A DNA stretch of 64,000 bases from assembly GCA_964386735.1 (NCBI GenBank), contig CAYLTW010000003.1:6919-70918 (forward strand), written 5' to 3'. Under the pieces are notes generated by a model. It was given only the letters and a program-made list of their open reading frames with translations, searched no databases and was not told where the DNA came from. A program made the position numbers and the translations under genes. Positions within the stretch are counted from its first letter, which is position 1. Each line of letters starts with the position of its first letter. This DNA comes from an uncultured Woeseiaceae bacterium (lineage in GTDB: Bacteria > Pseudomonadota > Gammaproteobacteria > Steroidobacterales > Woeseiaceae). Positions 1-10,034 of the stretch are shown one piece after another.

Positions 1-843
1 ATGGAGTGCAAGAAAGCGCTCGTCGAAAGCAGTGGCGACATGGATGGCGCGGTCGAACACCTGCGCCGGTCGGGGCAGGCATTGGCAAACAAAAAGGCGG
101 GTCGTGTCGCGGCCGATGGTCGCGTGGTCGTCAAAGCGACGCGAAGCAAGGCAGTTATTGTCGAAGTGAACTCCGAGACGGATTTTGTCGCGAAAGATGA
201 GAACTTTCTCACTTTCGTCAATGCGATTGCGGATGCTGCGCTAGCCTCGGGCCAAAACGATGTCGAGGCGTTCGCCAGTGAGTCACTCGCAGACGGCCGA
301 TCCGTCGAGGGCGCGCGCACCGAACTGATCGCAAAAGTAGGCGAAAATATTTCGGTCCGCCGTATTGCACAGGTAAACAGTAGCGGTCCGATTTCTTTTT
401 ACACGCACGGCGCCAGGATCGCCGCCGTAGTCGCACTCGATGGGGGCGATGAAGAACTCGCTCGTAATATCGCGATGCACGTTGCGGCAATCAACCCGCG
501 TTGTATCGACGAGTCCGGCGTGCCGGCCGAAACGCTCGAAAAAGAGCGGCAAATCCTTACCGAGCAGGCACAGGAATCCGGCAAGCCGGCGGAGATTGTC
601 GAGAAGATCGTCAACGGTCGTGTTGCCAAGTTCCTCAAGGAAATCACGCTTGTTGGTCAGCCATTCGTCAAGGATCCGGATGTGACGGTGGGGACTCTGC
701 TGAGCGACTCAGACGCGAAGGTTGTGTCATTCACGCGATTCGAGGTGGGCGAGGGCATTGAGAAGAAAGTTGAGAACTTTGCGGACGAGGTAAAGAAACA
801 GATCGATGACGCGAAGGAAAAAGGCGACAAGGATTCTGAATAA
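1..843 (+). CDS. tsf: Elongation factor Ts (5' end cut by window edge)
   Basis: ORF open from base 1. Translation MECKKAL...EVNSETDFVAKD...FVKDPD is typical EF-Ts. It is followed by pyrH-frr as in the canonical block. Confidence 0.93.
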   Translation: MECKKALVESSGDMDGAVEHLRRSGQALANKKAGRVAADGRVVVKATRSKAVIVEVNSETDFVAKDENFLTFVNAIADAALASGQNDVEAFASESLADGRSVEGARTELIAKVGENISVRRIAQVNSSGPISFYTHGARIAAVVALDGGDEELARNIAMHVAAINPRCIDESGVPAETLEKERQILTEQAQESGKPAEIVEKIVNGRVAKFLKEITLVGQPFVKDPDVTVGTLLSDSDAKVVSFTRFEVGEGIEKKVENFADEVKKQIDDAKEKGDKDSE

Positions 844-949
844 GACCTCATAACTCTTTGATTTGAAATTACCTAGAGGCTTGAATAAGTTAGAATCGTA
901 TGCGGCCCGGCCATGCCCGGCGGCAATCAGCAAAATGGAGTGAAATCGC

Positions 950-1672
950 ATGAGTGAAAGTCCGGCCCCGTACCGTCGAGTCCTGCTGAAGTTGAGCGGA
1001 GAGGCGCTTATGGGTCAGCTGGACTATGGCATTGAGCCGAAAGTCATTCAGCGCCTTGCCACGGAGATTGCGACGGCGGGAAAGGCCGGTGTCGAGATCG
1101 CAATTGTTATCGGTGGCGGCAATATTTTTCGCGGCGCCGGGTTGGCGCGCTCCGGTATGGATCGAGTGACTGGCGACTATATGGGCATGCTCGCGACCGT
1201 CATGAACGCGCTTGCGATTCAGGACGCGCTCGAATCTATCGATGTCTATGCGCGTGTCATGTCGGCACTGCAAATTCATGAAGTTTGCGAAGACTATATT
1301 CGGCGCCGAGCGGTCAGGCATCTCGAGAAAGGCAGGGTTGTCATTCTGGCGGCCGGTACCGGCAATCCATTTTTTACGACGGATACAGCGGCAAGTCTGC
1401 GCGCCATCGAGATTGGTGCCGACGTGCTGCTCAAGGCGACAATGGTCGACGGAGTGTATGACTCCGATCCGGTTGGAAATCCGGGTGCCAAGAAATTTGA
1501 AACAGTTTCTTACGATCAGGTCATTGCCGACAAGCTAGGTGTCATGGACGCGACTGCGGTTGTCATGTGCAGGGATAACAATCTGCCGTTGCGTATATTC
1601 GACCTGACACAGCCGAATGCATTGGTTGAGGCGATGTCCGGGGAAAATGTTGGCTCGCTGATTTGCGCATAA
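950..1672 (+). CDS. pyrH: UMP kinase
   Basis: 240 aa. [13 protein letters not shown]...[11 protein letters not shown]...MDATA motifs of the amino-acid kinase fold (UMP kinase). Located between tsf and frr. Confidence 0.95.
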   Translation: MSESPAPYRRVLLKLSGEALMGQLDYGIEPKVIQRLATEIATAGKAGVEIAIVIGGGNIFRGAGLARSGMDRVTGDYMGMLATVMNALAIQDALESIDVYARVMSALQIHEVCEDYIRRRAVRHLEKGRVVILAAGTGNPFFTTDTAASLRAIEIGADVLLKATMVDGVYDSDPVGNPGAKKFETVSYDQVIADKLGVMDATAVVMCRDNNLPLRIFDLTQPNALVEAMSGENVGSLICA

Positions 1673-1697
1673 CTAAAGAGAGCAGGGGTGCAAAAAC

Positions 1698-2255
1698 GTG
1701 TTGGATGAGATCAAAAAAGACGCTGGCGACCGAATGTCAAAAAGCGTCGCCGCGCTCAAACAGGACATGACCAAAATTCGAACCGGTCGTGCGCACACGA
1801 GCCTGCTCGATCATATTACCGTTGCTTACTACGGCAGCGAAGTACCCCTGAAGCAGGTATCGAATGTCGGTGTCGAAGATTCGCGAACCCTGACAGTAAC
1901 GCCCTGGGAAAAAGACATGGTAGGGGTCATCGAGAAAGCGATAATGAATTCCGACCTCGGCCTCAATCCGGCGTCAGCCGGGACTGTGATTCGTGTGCCG
2001 TTGCCGCCACTAACCGAGGAGCGTCGTAAGGACATGATTCGAGTGGTTCGCAGTGAAGCGGAGGGCGCGCGAATTGCCGTTCGCAATATCAGGCGCGATG
2101 CAATCAGCGACATCAAGGATCTCCTCAAGGAAAAGATGATTGGTGAAGATGATGAGCATCGAGGCGAAGATGAAATTCAGGTTATTACAGACAAGTATGT
2201 CGCGGAGATCGACCAGGTCCTGGCCGAGAAAGAAAGTGATTTGATGGAAATCTGA
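1698..2255 (+). CDS. frr: Ribosome recycling factor
   Basis: 185 aa with a GTG start. [23 protein letters not shown]...RTGRA...LTEERRKD is the RRF signature. Confidence 0.95.
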   Translation: MLDEIKKDAGDRMSKSVAALKQDMTKIRTGRAHTSLLDHITVAYYGSEVPLKQVSNVGVEDSRTLTVTPWEKDMVGVIEKAIMNSDLGLNPASAGTVIRVPLPPLTEERRKDMIRVVRSEAEGARIAVRNIRRDAISDIKDLLKEKMIGEDDEHRGEDEIQVITDKYVAEIDQVLAEKESDLMEI

Positions 2256-3005
2256 GTGCAGGGTCTGTTGTCTACTGAATCTAATATTCCTGTACACGTC
2301 GCCGTCATCATGGATGGAAACGGGCGTTGGGCACGTGAGCGCGGCAAACGCCGTCACAGCGGGCATCGCGCCGGCGTGAAGTCGGTACGCGCGACTGTCG
2401 AGCAAGCGGCGCTCAAAGGTGTCCAGCACTTGACATTGTTCGCCTTCAGTAGCGAAAACTGGAGCCGGCCGGCGGAGGAGGTTAGCCGCCTGATGGGCCT
2501 TTTTGTGGAAGCACTGCAACGAGAAGTCGAGGAGTTGCATCGTAACAATGTACGGCTCGAATTCATTGGCGATCGTGCTCGCCTGAGCAAGGGAATGGTA
2601 CGAAAAATTGAAGCAGCTGAGGCCCATACGGCTGGTAACGACGGCTTGCATCTCATCGTCGCCGTGGCCTACGGCGGTCGCTGGGATATCGTCGAAGCGG
2701 CGCGGCGTGTCGCGGTCAAGGTGGTCGTTGGCGATATTCATGTAAAGGATATTGACGAAAAGTTGCTCACGAGCAGTATGCAACTTGCGGGCGTACCCGA
2801 TCCGGATCTGTTGATTCGAACGGGTGGGGAGCAACGAATTAGCAATTTCCTGCTCTGGAATCTTGCCTATGCGGAACTCTGGTTCTGCGATACGCTGTGG
2901 CCCGACTTCGACGAGGCCGAATTCGACAAAGCGCTCGATTACTTCGCGCGGCGTCAGCGGCGCTTCGGTCACACGGGCGATCAAATGAAGGCGGCCGAAT
3001 GTTGA
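2256..3005 (+). CDS. uppS: Ditrans,polycis-undecaprenyl-diphosphate synthase
   Basis: 249 aa. HVAVIMDGNGRWA...RTGGEQRISNFLLWNLAYAEL are cis-prenyltransferase motifs. The start directly abuts the frr stop. Confidence 0.95.
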   Translation: MQGLLSTESNIPVHVAVIMDGNGRWARERGKRRHSGHRAGVKSVRATVEQAALKGVQHLTLFAFSSENWSRPAEEVSRLMGLFVEALQREVEELHRNNVRLEFIGDRARLSKGMVRKIEAAEAHTAGNDGLHLIVAVAYGGRWDIVEAARRVAVKVVVGDIHVKDIDEKLLTSSMQLAGVPDPDLLIRTGGEQRISNFLLWNLAYAELWFCDTLWPDFDEAEFDKALDYFARRQRRFGHTGDQMKAAEC

Positions 3006-3784
3006 AGCAACGCATTATCACGGCAGTAATTTCCATCGCGATTCTCGGCGTGGTGCTGTTCCTTGTGCCGCCGATGGTCGCCGAATTCGTTATTGCACTC
3101 CTTATACTTGCTGCAGCGTGGGAATGGTCGGGACTCATAGGCGCCCATTCAGTGCTGGCAAGAATTTTCTACGTCATATTCATCGCGGCGTTGATGGCCG
3201 TGGTCGGAATGATCTGGCCAGATGGTGTCGAGCGAATCTTGCAACTTGCGGTCATCTGGTGGCTGGTTGCACTCATTTGGACGTTTTTGTTCCCCACGCC
3301 GATTCCCGCAATCGTCCGCTGGTTATCCGGCGTGCTTGTTCTCATTCCGATGTACGCAGCGCTGGTTCTGCTTTACCAGACAGCGCCGTCCCTGCTGCTC
3401 TTTGTTCTTCTCATCGTGTGGGCGGCGGACGTCGGTGCGTACTTCGCTGGCAAGCAGTTTGGCCGAGTGAAGCTGGCACCAGGTATCAGCCCGGGAAAAA
3501 CGTGGGAAGGCGTTATCGGCGGGCTCGTGCTGGTTGCGATATTGGTCTGGGCCCGAAGCTTTTGGTTCGAAGCAGACCTGGCTGTACTGATTCCGTTTAG
3601 CATGGGCGTCGCCGGCGTGTCGATCGTCGGCGACCTGACTGTGAGCATGTTCAAGCGCACAGCGGGCTTAAAAGATAGCGGCACATTGTTTCCTGGCCAC
3701 GGCGGAGTATTGGATCGGGTCGACAGCGTGGCCGCGGCCGCGCCCGTTTTCGCCCTTGGGCTGAGCTGGACGGGGCTGAACTGA
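2999..3784 (+). CDS. cdsA: Phosphatidate cytidylyltransferase
   Basis: Multi-TM protein with the C-terminal CdsA signature SMFKRTAGLKDSGTLFPGHGGVLDRVDS. ATG at 2999 (MLKQRIITAV) chosen over the 5'-extended ORF at 2897, which overlaps uppS. Confidence 0.9.
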   Translation: MLKQRIITAVISIAILGVVLFLVPPMVAEFVIALLILAAAWEWSGLIGAHSVLARIFYVIFIAALMAVVGMIWPDGVERILQLAVIWWLVALIWTFLFPTPIPAIVRWLSGVLVLIPMYAALVLLYQTAPSLLLFVLLIVWAADVGAYFAGKQFGRVKLAPGISPGKTWEGVIGGLVLVAILVWARSFWFEADLAVLIPFSMGVAGVSIVGDLTVSMFKRTAGLKDSGTLFPGHGGVLDRVDSVAAAAPVFALGLSWTGLN

Positions 3785-3854
3785 TGACGGGTTCAGTATT
3801 AGTTAATAAGCTGGCACCTAAGATGCTGAAGTTTGTCAGAGAAAACAGCTAGCT

Positions 3855-5210
3855 ATGGGTAACGCAATAAACAGTCTTCTCGCATTCATCGTGGCGATCA
3901 GCGTTCTGGTCGCGGTTCACGAGTACGGGCATTACATTGTCGGTCGCTGGCTGGGCATGAAAGTCCTGCGGTTTTCAATCGGTTTCGGTAAACCAATCTG
4001 GACGTGGGTTGGTGCCGGCGAAGACCGTACCGAGTATTGTATTTCGGCGATACCGCTCGGCGGTTACGTGCGTTTTCTGGACGGACGCGAAGGCCCGGTC
4101 GACGTTCATGATGAGGGCAGGGCATTCAATCACCGCCCAATCCCGGCGAGAGTTGCTGTCTTGCTTGCCGGACCGTTGTTCAATTTCCTGTTCGCGGTCC
4201 TGGCCTACTGGGCACTCTTCGTCTATGGAGTGCCGACATTGCGGCCGGCAATCGGCGACATCGAGCCCGGGACACTTGCGGCGGATGCGGGCCTTGCTTT
4301 CGGTGATCGGATCATCGCTGTCGGCGACACCGAGACTCCGGACTGGGAATCGGCGCTTGTGGCGATGCTGGACGGCATAATTGCCGATGGTCAGGTAGCA
4401 TTGCGTCTTGAAGATGAGGCTGGAGGTCAGCGTTGGGCAACCATTGACGTCGGTGAAAATGCAACGAGCCTGACCGAGCCCGGAATGCTTTTCGATGGTC
4501 TGGGCTTCAAACCCTGGCAGCCGCCAGCCATTGTTGGCGAGGTCGCAAGGGGTGGCGCAGCGGAGACTGCCGGTATTAAAACGGGTGATCAATTCGTCGA
4601 AATCGATGGCGAGGTGATTTCCAGCTTCAGCGACTTGCGCGACGTAGTCGCTGCGCGGCCGGACAAGGCTGTCGTGCTCATAGTCGAGCGTGGTACTGAA
4701 ATATTGCGAATTAATGTAGTAATTGGCTCGGACATGCGCGATGGGCAGCGCATTGGTTTGCTCGGTGTCAGCGCCGCTGCCAACACCACGGACTACTTCT
4801 ATTTGCGTAAATTCGGACCACTGGAATCCGTCAGCCAGGCGACGGCACGGATGTGGACATCAACAATGTTTACGCTACGAATGCTCGGTCGAATGGTGAC
4901 GGGTGAGGTCTCAATCAAGAATATCAGCGGACCGATCAATATTGCCCAGTTTGCCGGTGCATCCGCACAGGCTGGCGTCAGCAACTTTCTGGGATTTCTG
5001 GCGATTGTCAGCATCAGCCTCGGCGTGCTTAATCTATTGCCGGTACCCGTGCTGGATGGCGGTCAAATTGTGTACCAGCTCGTGGAGTGGATCAAAGGCA
5101 GCCCGATGTCCGACCGTGCTCAACTCGCGGGTCAGCAAGCCGGGATACTGGCTCTGATCTTGCTGATGAGCTTCGCTTTCTACAACGATATTGCGAGAAT
5201 GCTGGGCTAG
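3855..5210 (+). CDS. rseP: RIP zinc metalloprotease RseP (site-2 protease)
   Basis: 451 aa. HEYGH zinc motif near the N-terminus, internal PDZ-like region, C-terminal NLLPVPVLDGG motif. Position between cdsA and bamA. Confidence 0.93.
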   Translation: MGNAINSLLAFIVAISVLVAVHEYGHYIVGRWLGMKVLRFSIGFGKPIWTWVGAGEDRTEYCISAIPLGGYVRFLDGREGPVDVHDEGRAFNHRPIPARVAVLLAGPLFNFLFAVLAYWALFVYGVPTLRPAIGDIEPGTLAADAGLAFGDRIIAVGDTETPDWESALVAMLDGIIADGQVALRLEDEAGGQRWATIDVGENATSLTEPGMLFDGLGFKPWQPPAIVGEVARGGAAETAGIKTGDQFVEIDGEVISSFSDLRDVVAARPDKAVVLIVERGTEILRINVVIGSDMRDGQRIGLLGVSAAANTTDYFYLRKFGPLESVSQATARMWTSTMFTLRMLGRMVTGEVSIKNISGPINIAQFAGASAQAGVSNFLGFLAIVSISLGVLNLLPVPVLDGGQIVYQLVEWIKGSPMSDRAQLAGQQAGILALILLMSFAFYNDIARMLG

Positions 5211-5235
5211 CCCCGGGGGTTTACGGGAACGACGA

Positions 5236-7650
5236 ATGATTGACCTGCGAAAATTGAAGTTCAGGCGCTTGCGTGTGCTGCCCGTCGGCGTTGCGATGTT
5301 TCTGTTGGCTGTTCCGCTGTTCGCCGCCGTCGGGGAGGCATTTGTCGTCCGCGACATGCGGGTAGAGGGCCTGCAACGTATATCGGAAGGCACGGTTTTC
5401 AACTATTTGCCGATCAATATTGGCGACACGGTCGACAAGATACGAATACAGGAATCCATAAAGTCGCTTTATGGGCAAGGTCTGTTTGACGACATCGAAA
5501 TTCGTCGGGACGGCGATACGCTCCTGATCGTTGTGATAGAGCGTCCGTCGATCGAAAGTTTTGATATTGACGGCAACAAGGATATCAAGACCGAAGATCT
5601 AATGGAGTCCTTGCGCGGCGTCGGCCTCGCAAAGGGTCGTACATTTGACCGTTCGGTTCTCGACAACGTAGAAATGTTCCTGCGCGATCAATACTACGAT
5701 CGTGGCAAATACGCCGTGAAGATTACTCCGACCGTAATTGATCGACCGAACAACACGGTCAGGGTATCTATTGCTGTTGAAGAAGGGGATCGTGCCAAGA
5801 TTCGCCAGGTGAACATCGTTGGTAACGAGACTTTTTCGGAAAAAGATATCCGCGAAGACTTTGCGCTCGACACAGGCAACTGGTTGTCGTGGATTCGTCA
5901 GGACGACCGCTATTCGAAAGAGGGTCTCGAGGGCGACCTTGAGATCTTGCGCTCTTACTATATGGATCGTGGATACGCCGATTTCACGATCGAGTCGACA
6001 CAGGTAGCAATATCGCCGAACAAGAAAGACATATTCGTCACGATCTCGATCAAAGAAGGTGAACAATACACGGTGTCCGACCTAAAGTTGGTCGGCGAGA
6101 TGGTGATCCCCGAAGTGTTCCTCAGCGGATTGGTTCTTGCGCAACCAGGGTCAATTTTTAACCAGGCCTTGCTCACGCGCAGCACCGAATTGATGTCGAT
6201 GCGGCTTGGCGAGGAGGGCTACGCGAACGCCGAGGTCGAGCCGGTGTGGGAACTCGACGAGGAGACCAAGGAAGCGGAGATCACGTTTTTCGTGACTGCA
6301 AAGAGTCGCGTATACGTTCGTCGCATAAATTTCGAAGGCGTAGCGGAAGTCGATGACGAAGTGCTACGCCGCGAGTTGCGCCAGTTGGAAGGCGCTTACC
6401 TGTCTAATTTGCTGATCGATCGTTCCAAGATTCGATTGCAGCGATTACCGTATATTGAGAGAGTCGACGTCGAGAATGTTCCGGTGCCCGGCAGCCCTGA
6501 TCTCGTCGATGTCGATTTCGCTATTGAGTATCGCATGCCCGGTCAGTTTTCCGGCGGTGTCGGATACTCCGAGTCACAAAAGCTGCTGTTGAACGGCAGT
6601 ATCGTACATACCAATTTTCTTGGTACTGGCAATCGTGTCGCTCTCGAGATAAACACCGGCAAATTCTCAAAGCTCTACAGTATTTCCCACACCGATCCGT
6701 TTCGGACGATAGACGGCGTTCGTCGTACACTTAGCGTTAACTATCGCGATATCACCCAATTTACGGCTGCGACATCCAACTTCTCGACCACGACAGCCGG
6801 GGCGTCAGTGGACTACGGTTATCCTATTAGTGAATTTCAAACGCTGAGTTTCGGCGGTACGTTCCAGAGCGCTGAGTTACTGTCGTCGACGTCCAGCACA
6901 AAGCAGGCGCAGGACTGGGTTGCGAACAATGGCAATCCGTTTGTTCAGGACATCGGCAACGGCGCGGTATTTTTTGGTACACAGTTCAATACCTACGAAT
7001 TGTTGACGGGCTGGACCTATGACAGCAGGAATCGGGCGCTATTCGCGAGTCGTGGCACTCGCCAGCAGATTTTCCTGTCCGCAACGGTGCCGGGGAGTGA
7101 GGTCGATTTCTTCACGGCACGATACAGCATCACCAAATACTTCCCAATAACGCGCAAGTGGATAGTTAGACTTAATACAGAGCTAGGTTATGGTGCGGCA
7201 ATCGGCGAAACCACTGCGCTGCCACCCTATAAGCAGTACTTCGGCGGTGGACCAAAGTCGATACGCGGTTTTCGCGAGTCCTACCTCGGTCCTCGCGACA
7301 GCTTTGGCAGACCTTACGGTGGAAACGTGTTGGTTGCGACCCAGCTAGAGCTTATACTGCCGCTTCCGGAAAAATGGGGAAATCAGGCACGTGCCAGCCT
7401 CTTTTATGATGTGGGCAATGTGTTTAACACTGGCGAAGTCAAATTTACTGACAAACTCGGTAGTCCGGTCGAGTACAAGCCGGACTTCAATGAGCTACGG
7501 GCGTCGGTGGGTATCGGCGTACAGTGGCTGGCGCCGCTCGGATTATTCAGATTCAGTTACGCCTTCCCGCTCAATGCGTACGAAGGTAACGACAGATTTT
7601 ATAAAGACGAACTGGAACGGTTCCAGTTCTCAATTGGTCAAGCGTTTTAA
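5236..7650 (+). CDS. bamA: Outer membrane protein assembly factor BamA
   Basis: About 805 aa from ATG 5236 (MIDLRKLKF..., signal peptide). POTRA repeats (VRDMRVEGLQRISEGTV...) and a C-terminal beta-barrel ending in F. Confidence 0.93.
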   Translation: MIDLRKLKFRRLRVLPVGVAMFLLAVPLFAAVGEAFVVRDMRVEGLQRISEGTVFNYLPINIGDTVDKIRIQESIKSLYGQGLFDDIEIRRDGDTLLIVVIERPSIESFDIDGNKDIKTEDLMESLRGVGLAKGRTFDRSVLDNVEMFLRDQYYDRGKYAVKITPTVIDRPNNTVRVSIAVEEGDRAKIRQVNIVGNETFSEKDIREDFALDTGNWLSWIRQDDRYSKEGLEGDLEILRSYYMDRGYADFTIESTQVAISPNKKDIFVTISIKEGEQYTVSDLKLVGEMVIPEVFLSGLVLAQPGSIFNQALLTRSTELMSMRLGEEGYANAEVEPVWELDEETKEAEITFFVTAKSRVYVRRINFEGVAEVDDEVLRRELRQLEGAYLSNLLIDRSKIRLQRLPYIERVDVENVPVPGSPDLVDVDFAIEYRMPGQFSGGVGYSESQKLLLNGSIVHTNFLGTGNRVALEINTGKFSKLYSISHTDPFRTIDGVRRTLSVNYRDITQFTAATSNFSTTTAGASVDYGYPISEFQTLSFGGTFQSAELLSSTSSTKQAQDWVANNGNPFVQDIGNGAVFFGTQFNTYELLTGWTYDSRNRALFASRGTRQQIFLSATVPGSEVDFFTARYSITKYFPITRKWIVRLNTELGYGAAIGETTALPPYKQYFGGGPKSIRGFRESYLGPRDSFGRPYGGNVLVATQLELILPLPEKWGNQARASLFYDVGNVFNTGEVKFTDKLGSPVEYKPDFNELRASVGIGVQWLAPLGLFRFSYAFPLNAYEGNDRFYKDELERFQFSIGQAF

Positions 7651-7664
7651 GGATTGGAAAGTTT

Positions 7665-8204
7665 ATGAGTTTCGCAAAACAATATATTGTCAAAGCAACT
7701 ATCGGCATTGCGCTGGTCTGTGCATTTGCACTACCTGCGATAGCGCAGGAGCTGAAGGTCGGCGTCGTTAATATTCCGCTGTTGATGGATCGTTCGCCAC
7801 AAACCAAAGCGGCGATGGACGCCTTGCAGGAAGAGTTTGCACCGCGTCAGCGTGAATATGCCGCAAAAGCGAAAGAGCTCGAAGAACTGACAGTGAAGCT
7901 GCAGAAAGATGCCGCGGTCATGGGTGAGACCGAGCGCCGTAACGCGGATAAACAATTGCGTGATTTACAGCGCGAAGTTGCACGTTTGCAGAATGAGTTT
8001 CAGGAGGACCTGAACCTTCGTCAAAACGAAGAGCTCAGTAATCTGCAACGGTCGCTCCTGGCGGAGGTGCAATTGTACGCGCAGGCACAAGGTTTTGATC
8101 TTGTCCTTGGCGATGGTGTCCTTTTCGCCAGTCCGGCGGTAAACATTACCGACGACGTACTGCAGACCATCGAAACGAACTACAACGCCACTGGTTCGCG
8201 TTAG
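7665..8204 (+). CDS. skp: Periplasmic chaperone Skp (OmpH family)
   Basis: 179 aa. Signal peptide, then a coiled-coil rich in K/E/Q. Conserved position between bamA and lpxD. Confidence 0.88.
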   Translation: MSFAKQYIVKATIGIALVCAFALPAIAQELKVGVVNIPLLMDRSPQTKAAMDALQEEFAPRQREYAAKAKELEELTVKLQKDAAVMGETERRNADKQLRDLQREVARLQNEFQEDLNLRQNEELSNLQRSLLAEVQLYAQAQGFDLVLGDGVLFASPAVNITDDVLQTIETNYNATGSR

Positions 8205-8235
8205 AGAACTTACGCTGGAGGAAGCGTCAGCCGGC

Positions 8236-9246
8236 ATGCCGATCAGCCTCGGAGAACTCGCTACGCGATTCGGATGCGATCTTGATGGCGATCCGGACAT
8301 CGAGGTGCGTATGGTCGCGTCGCTGTTGGACGCCAGCCCGGTCAGCATCAGTTTCCTTACTAATTCCGCATGGAAAGACCGCCTTTTTTCGACGAAGGCG
8401 GCTGCTGTTGTGTTGCGCGCAAGCGACGCAGCCGATTGTCCCGTCGCATCGTTGATCAGTGACGATCCTTATGCGAACTACGCACGCATGGCGGCGCTTC
8501 TGCATCCGAGTCCGGCGCCTGTCCCAGGCGTGCACGCGTCAGCTGTGATTGACGCCAGTGCGACGGTTGCACCGAGCGCGCAAATCGAAGCGCAGGTTTT
8601 CATCGGCGAGCGCGCGATCATCGGCGAAAATGCCTACGTCGGCCCGGGTTGTGTTGTCGGATCGGACTGCAGCATCGGGGACGACACTCGCCTCCACGCA
8701 AATGTGACGATCCTTCGCCAGGTATCGATTGGGATGCGATGTATTTTTCACCCGGGCGCCGTAGTAGGCGCAGACGGTTTTGGCAATGCCATGACACCCG
8801 ACGGATGGGTCAAGGTGCCACAGCTCGGTGGCGTCCGGATTGGTAACGACGTTGAAATTGGCGCCAACACGACTATCGATTGCGGCACGCTCGGAGATAC
8901 TATTGTCGAAGACGGTGTTCGTATCGACAACCTTTGCCAGATCGGTCACAACGCGCTCATCGGAGCGCATACAGCTATGGCGGGGAGTACCAGCATCGCC
9001 GGAAGTTCGATAATCGGGAAGCGCTGCATGTTTGCCGGCCATTCGGGCGCGGTCGGGCATGTATCGATCTGCGACAATGTAATCGTCAGTGCCCAGGGCA
9101 TGATTACCAAGGACATTACGGAAGCCGGCGTCTATGCATCGAGTTTTCCGGCGGAAAAGGTTCAGGAATGGAACCGCAAGGTAGCAAGATTCCGTCGTAT
9201 CGGTGTACTGATTGAGCGTGTTAGCAAACTGGAGAAGGGTGACTGA
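8236..9246 (+). CDS. lpxD: UDP-3-O-acylglucosamine N-acyltransferase
   Basis: 336 aa. Left-handed beta-helix hexapeptide repeats, with an LpxD-type N-terminus (LGELATRFGCDLDGDPD). Confidence 0.93.
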   Translation: MPISLGELATRFGCDLDGDPDIEVRMVASLLDASPVSISFLTNSAWKDRLFSTKAAAVVLRASDAADCPVASLISDDPYANYARMAALLHPSPAPVPGVHASAVIDASATVAPSAQIEAQVFIGERAIIGENAYVGPGCVVGSDCSIGDDTRLHANVTILRQVSIGMRCIFHPGAVVGADGFGNAMTPDGWVKVPQLGGVRIGNDVEIGANTTIDCGTLGDTIVEDGVRIDNLCQIGHNALIGAHTAMAGSTSIAGSSIIGKRCMFAGHSGAVGHVSICDNVIVSAQGMITKDITEAGVYASSFPAEKVQEWNRKVARFRRIGVLIERVSKLEKGD

Positions 9247-10028
9247 TGGGCGATCGCATTCATCCTGCGGCGATCATTTCGGACAAAGCCAGTATTGCTG
9301 ACAATGTCGAGATCGGGCCGTATTCTGTCATTGGTGACGATGTCAAAATCGGGGCTGGGACGCGAATCGGCAGCCATGTTGTTATCAACGGCCCGACAAC
9401 AATCGGTGCGGATAATCGAATATTCCAATTCGCGTCCATCGGCGACGATCCGCAGGACAAGAAATATGCCGGCGAGCCGACAAAACTGATCATCGGCGAC
9501 CGTAATACTATTCGCGAATATTGCACCGTGAGCCGGGGCACCGTCCAGGATCAGGGGATCACGAGCATGGGCGACGACAACTGGATCATGGCGTACGTTC
9601 ATATCGCTCACGACTGCGTCATCGGCAACAAGTGCATCATGGCGAACAACGCAACGCTCGCCGGTCATGTACGTGTCGACGACTGGGTCATTTTCGCCGG
9701 ATTCTCGGGCGCGCACCAATTTTGCAAAATCGGGGCGCACGCGTTCCTCGGCATGTATACGGGCGCCAGCCGCGATATTCCCGCCTACACATTGGTTATG
9801 GGCCAGCCTGCAGTGCCGAAAGGCATCAACTCAGAAGGATTGAAGCGACGGGATTTCAATTCGGTGCAAATTCGGAACATCAAAAATGCTTACCGAATCC
9901 TGTATCGGCAGGGCAAGAAACTCAATCAGGCGATCGATGAAATTGCAGCGCTCGCGAAGGACCAGCCTGAGCTCGATGTGTTCGTCGAATCGTTGCGTTG
10001 CTCGTCCGAGCGTGGCATCGCTCGCTAG
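9246..10028 (+). CDS. lpxA: Acyl-ACP--UDP-N-acetylglucosamine O-acyltransferase
   Basis: 260 aa. IHPAAIISDKA... hexapeptide repeats plus a C-terminal helical domain. The start overlaps the lpxD stop (TGATG). Confidence 0.93.
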   Translation: MGDRIHPAAIISDKASIADNVEIGPYSVIGDDVKIGAGTRIGSHVVINGPTTIGADNRIFQFASIGDDPQDKKYAGEPTKLIIGDRNTIREYCTVSRGTVQDQGITSMGDDNWIMAYVHIAHDCVIGNKCIMANNATLAGHVRVDDWVIFAGFSGAHQFCKIGAHAFLGMYTGASRDIPAYTLVMGQPAVPKGINSEGLKRRDFNSVQIRNIKNAYRILYRQGKKLNQAIDEIAALAKDQPELDVFVESLRCSSERGIAR

Positions 10029-10034
10029 TCGATT

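Noticed and set aside
2010-2984. 324-aa minus-strand ORF opposite frr/uppS. Similar long antisense ORFs lie at 12583-13650 (opposite dnaE), 54232-55281 (opposite mfd), 17601-18383 (opposite pyrG), 20478-21323 (opposite eno) and 34148-34969 (opposite sdhC/D).
   Set aside because: Each lies fully antisense to a gene with strong family motifs and has no recognisable motifs of its own. These are treated as shadow ORFs.
2897-2998. 5'-extended versions of several ORFs in the supplied track: cdsA 2897, bamA 5191, dnaE 11767, kdsA 19322, eno 20187, pcm 24400, sdhD 34737, sdhA 35006, lolD 59731 and the GGDEF gene 51375
   Set aside because: The extensions overlap the preceding gene in another frame and encode Arg/Ser-rich junk. 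In each case an internal ATG or GTG gives a canonical N-terminus and usually a 1-4-nt stop/start overlap typical of translational coupling.
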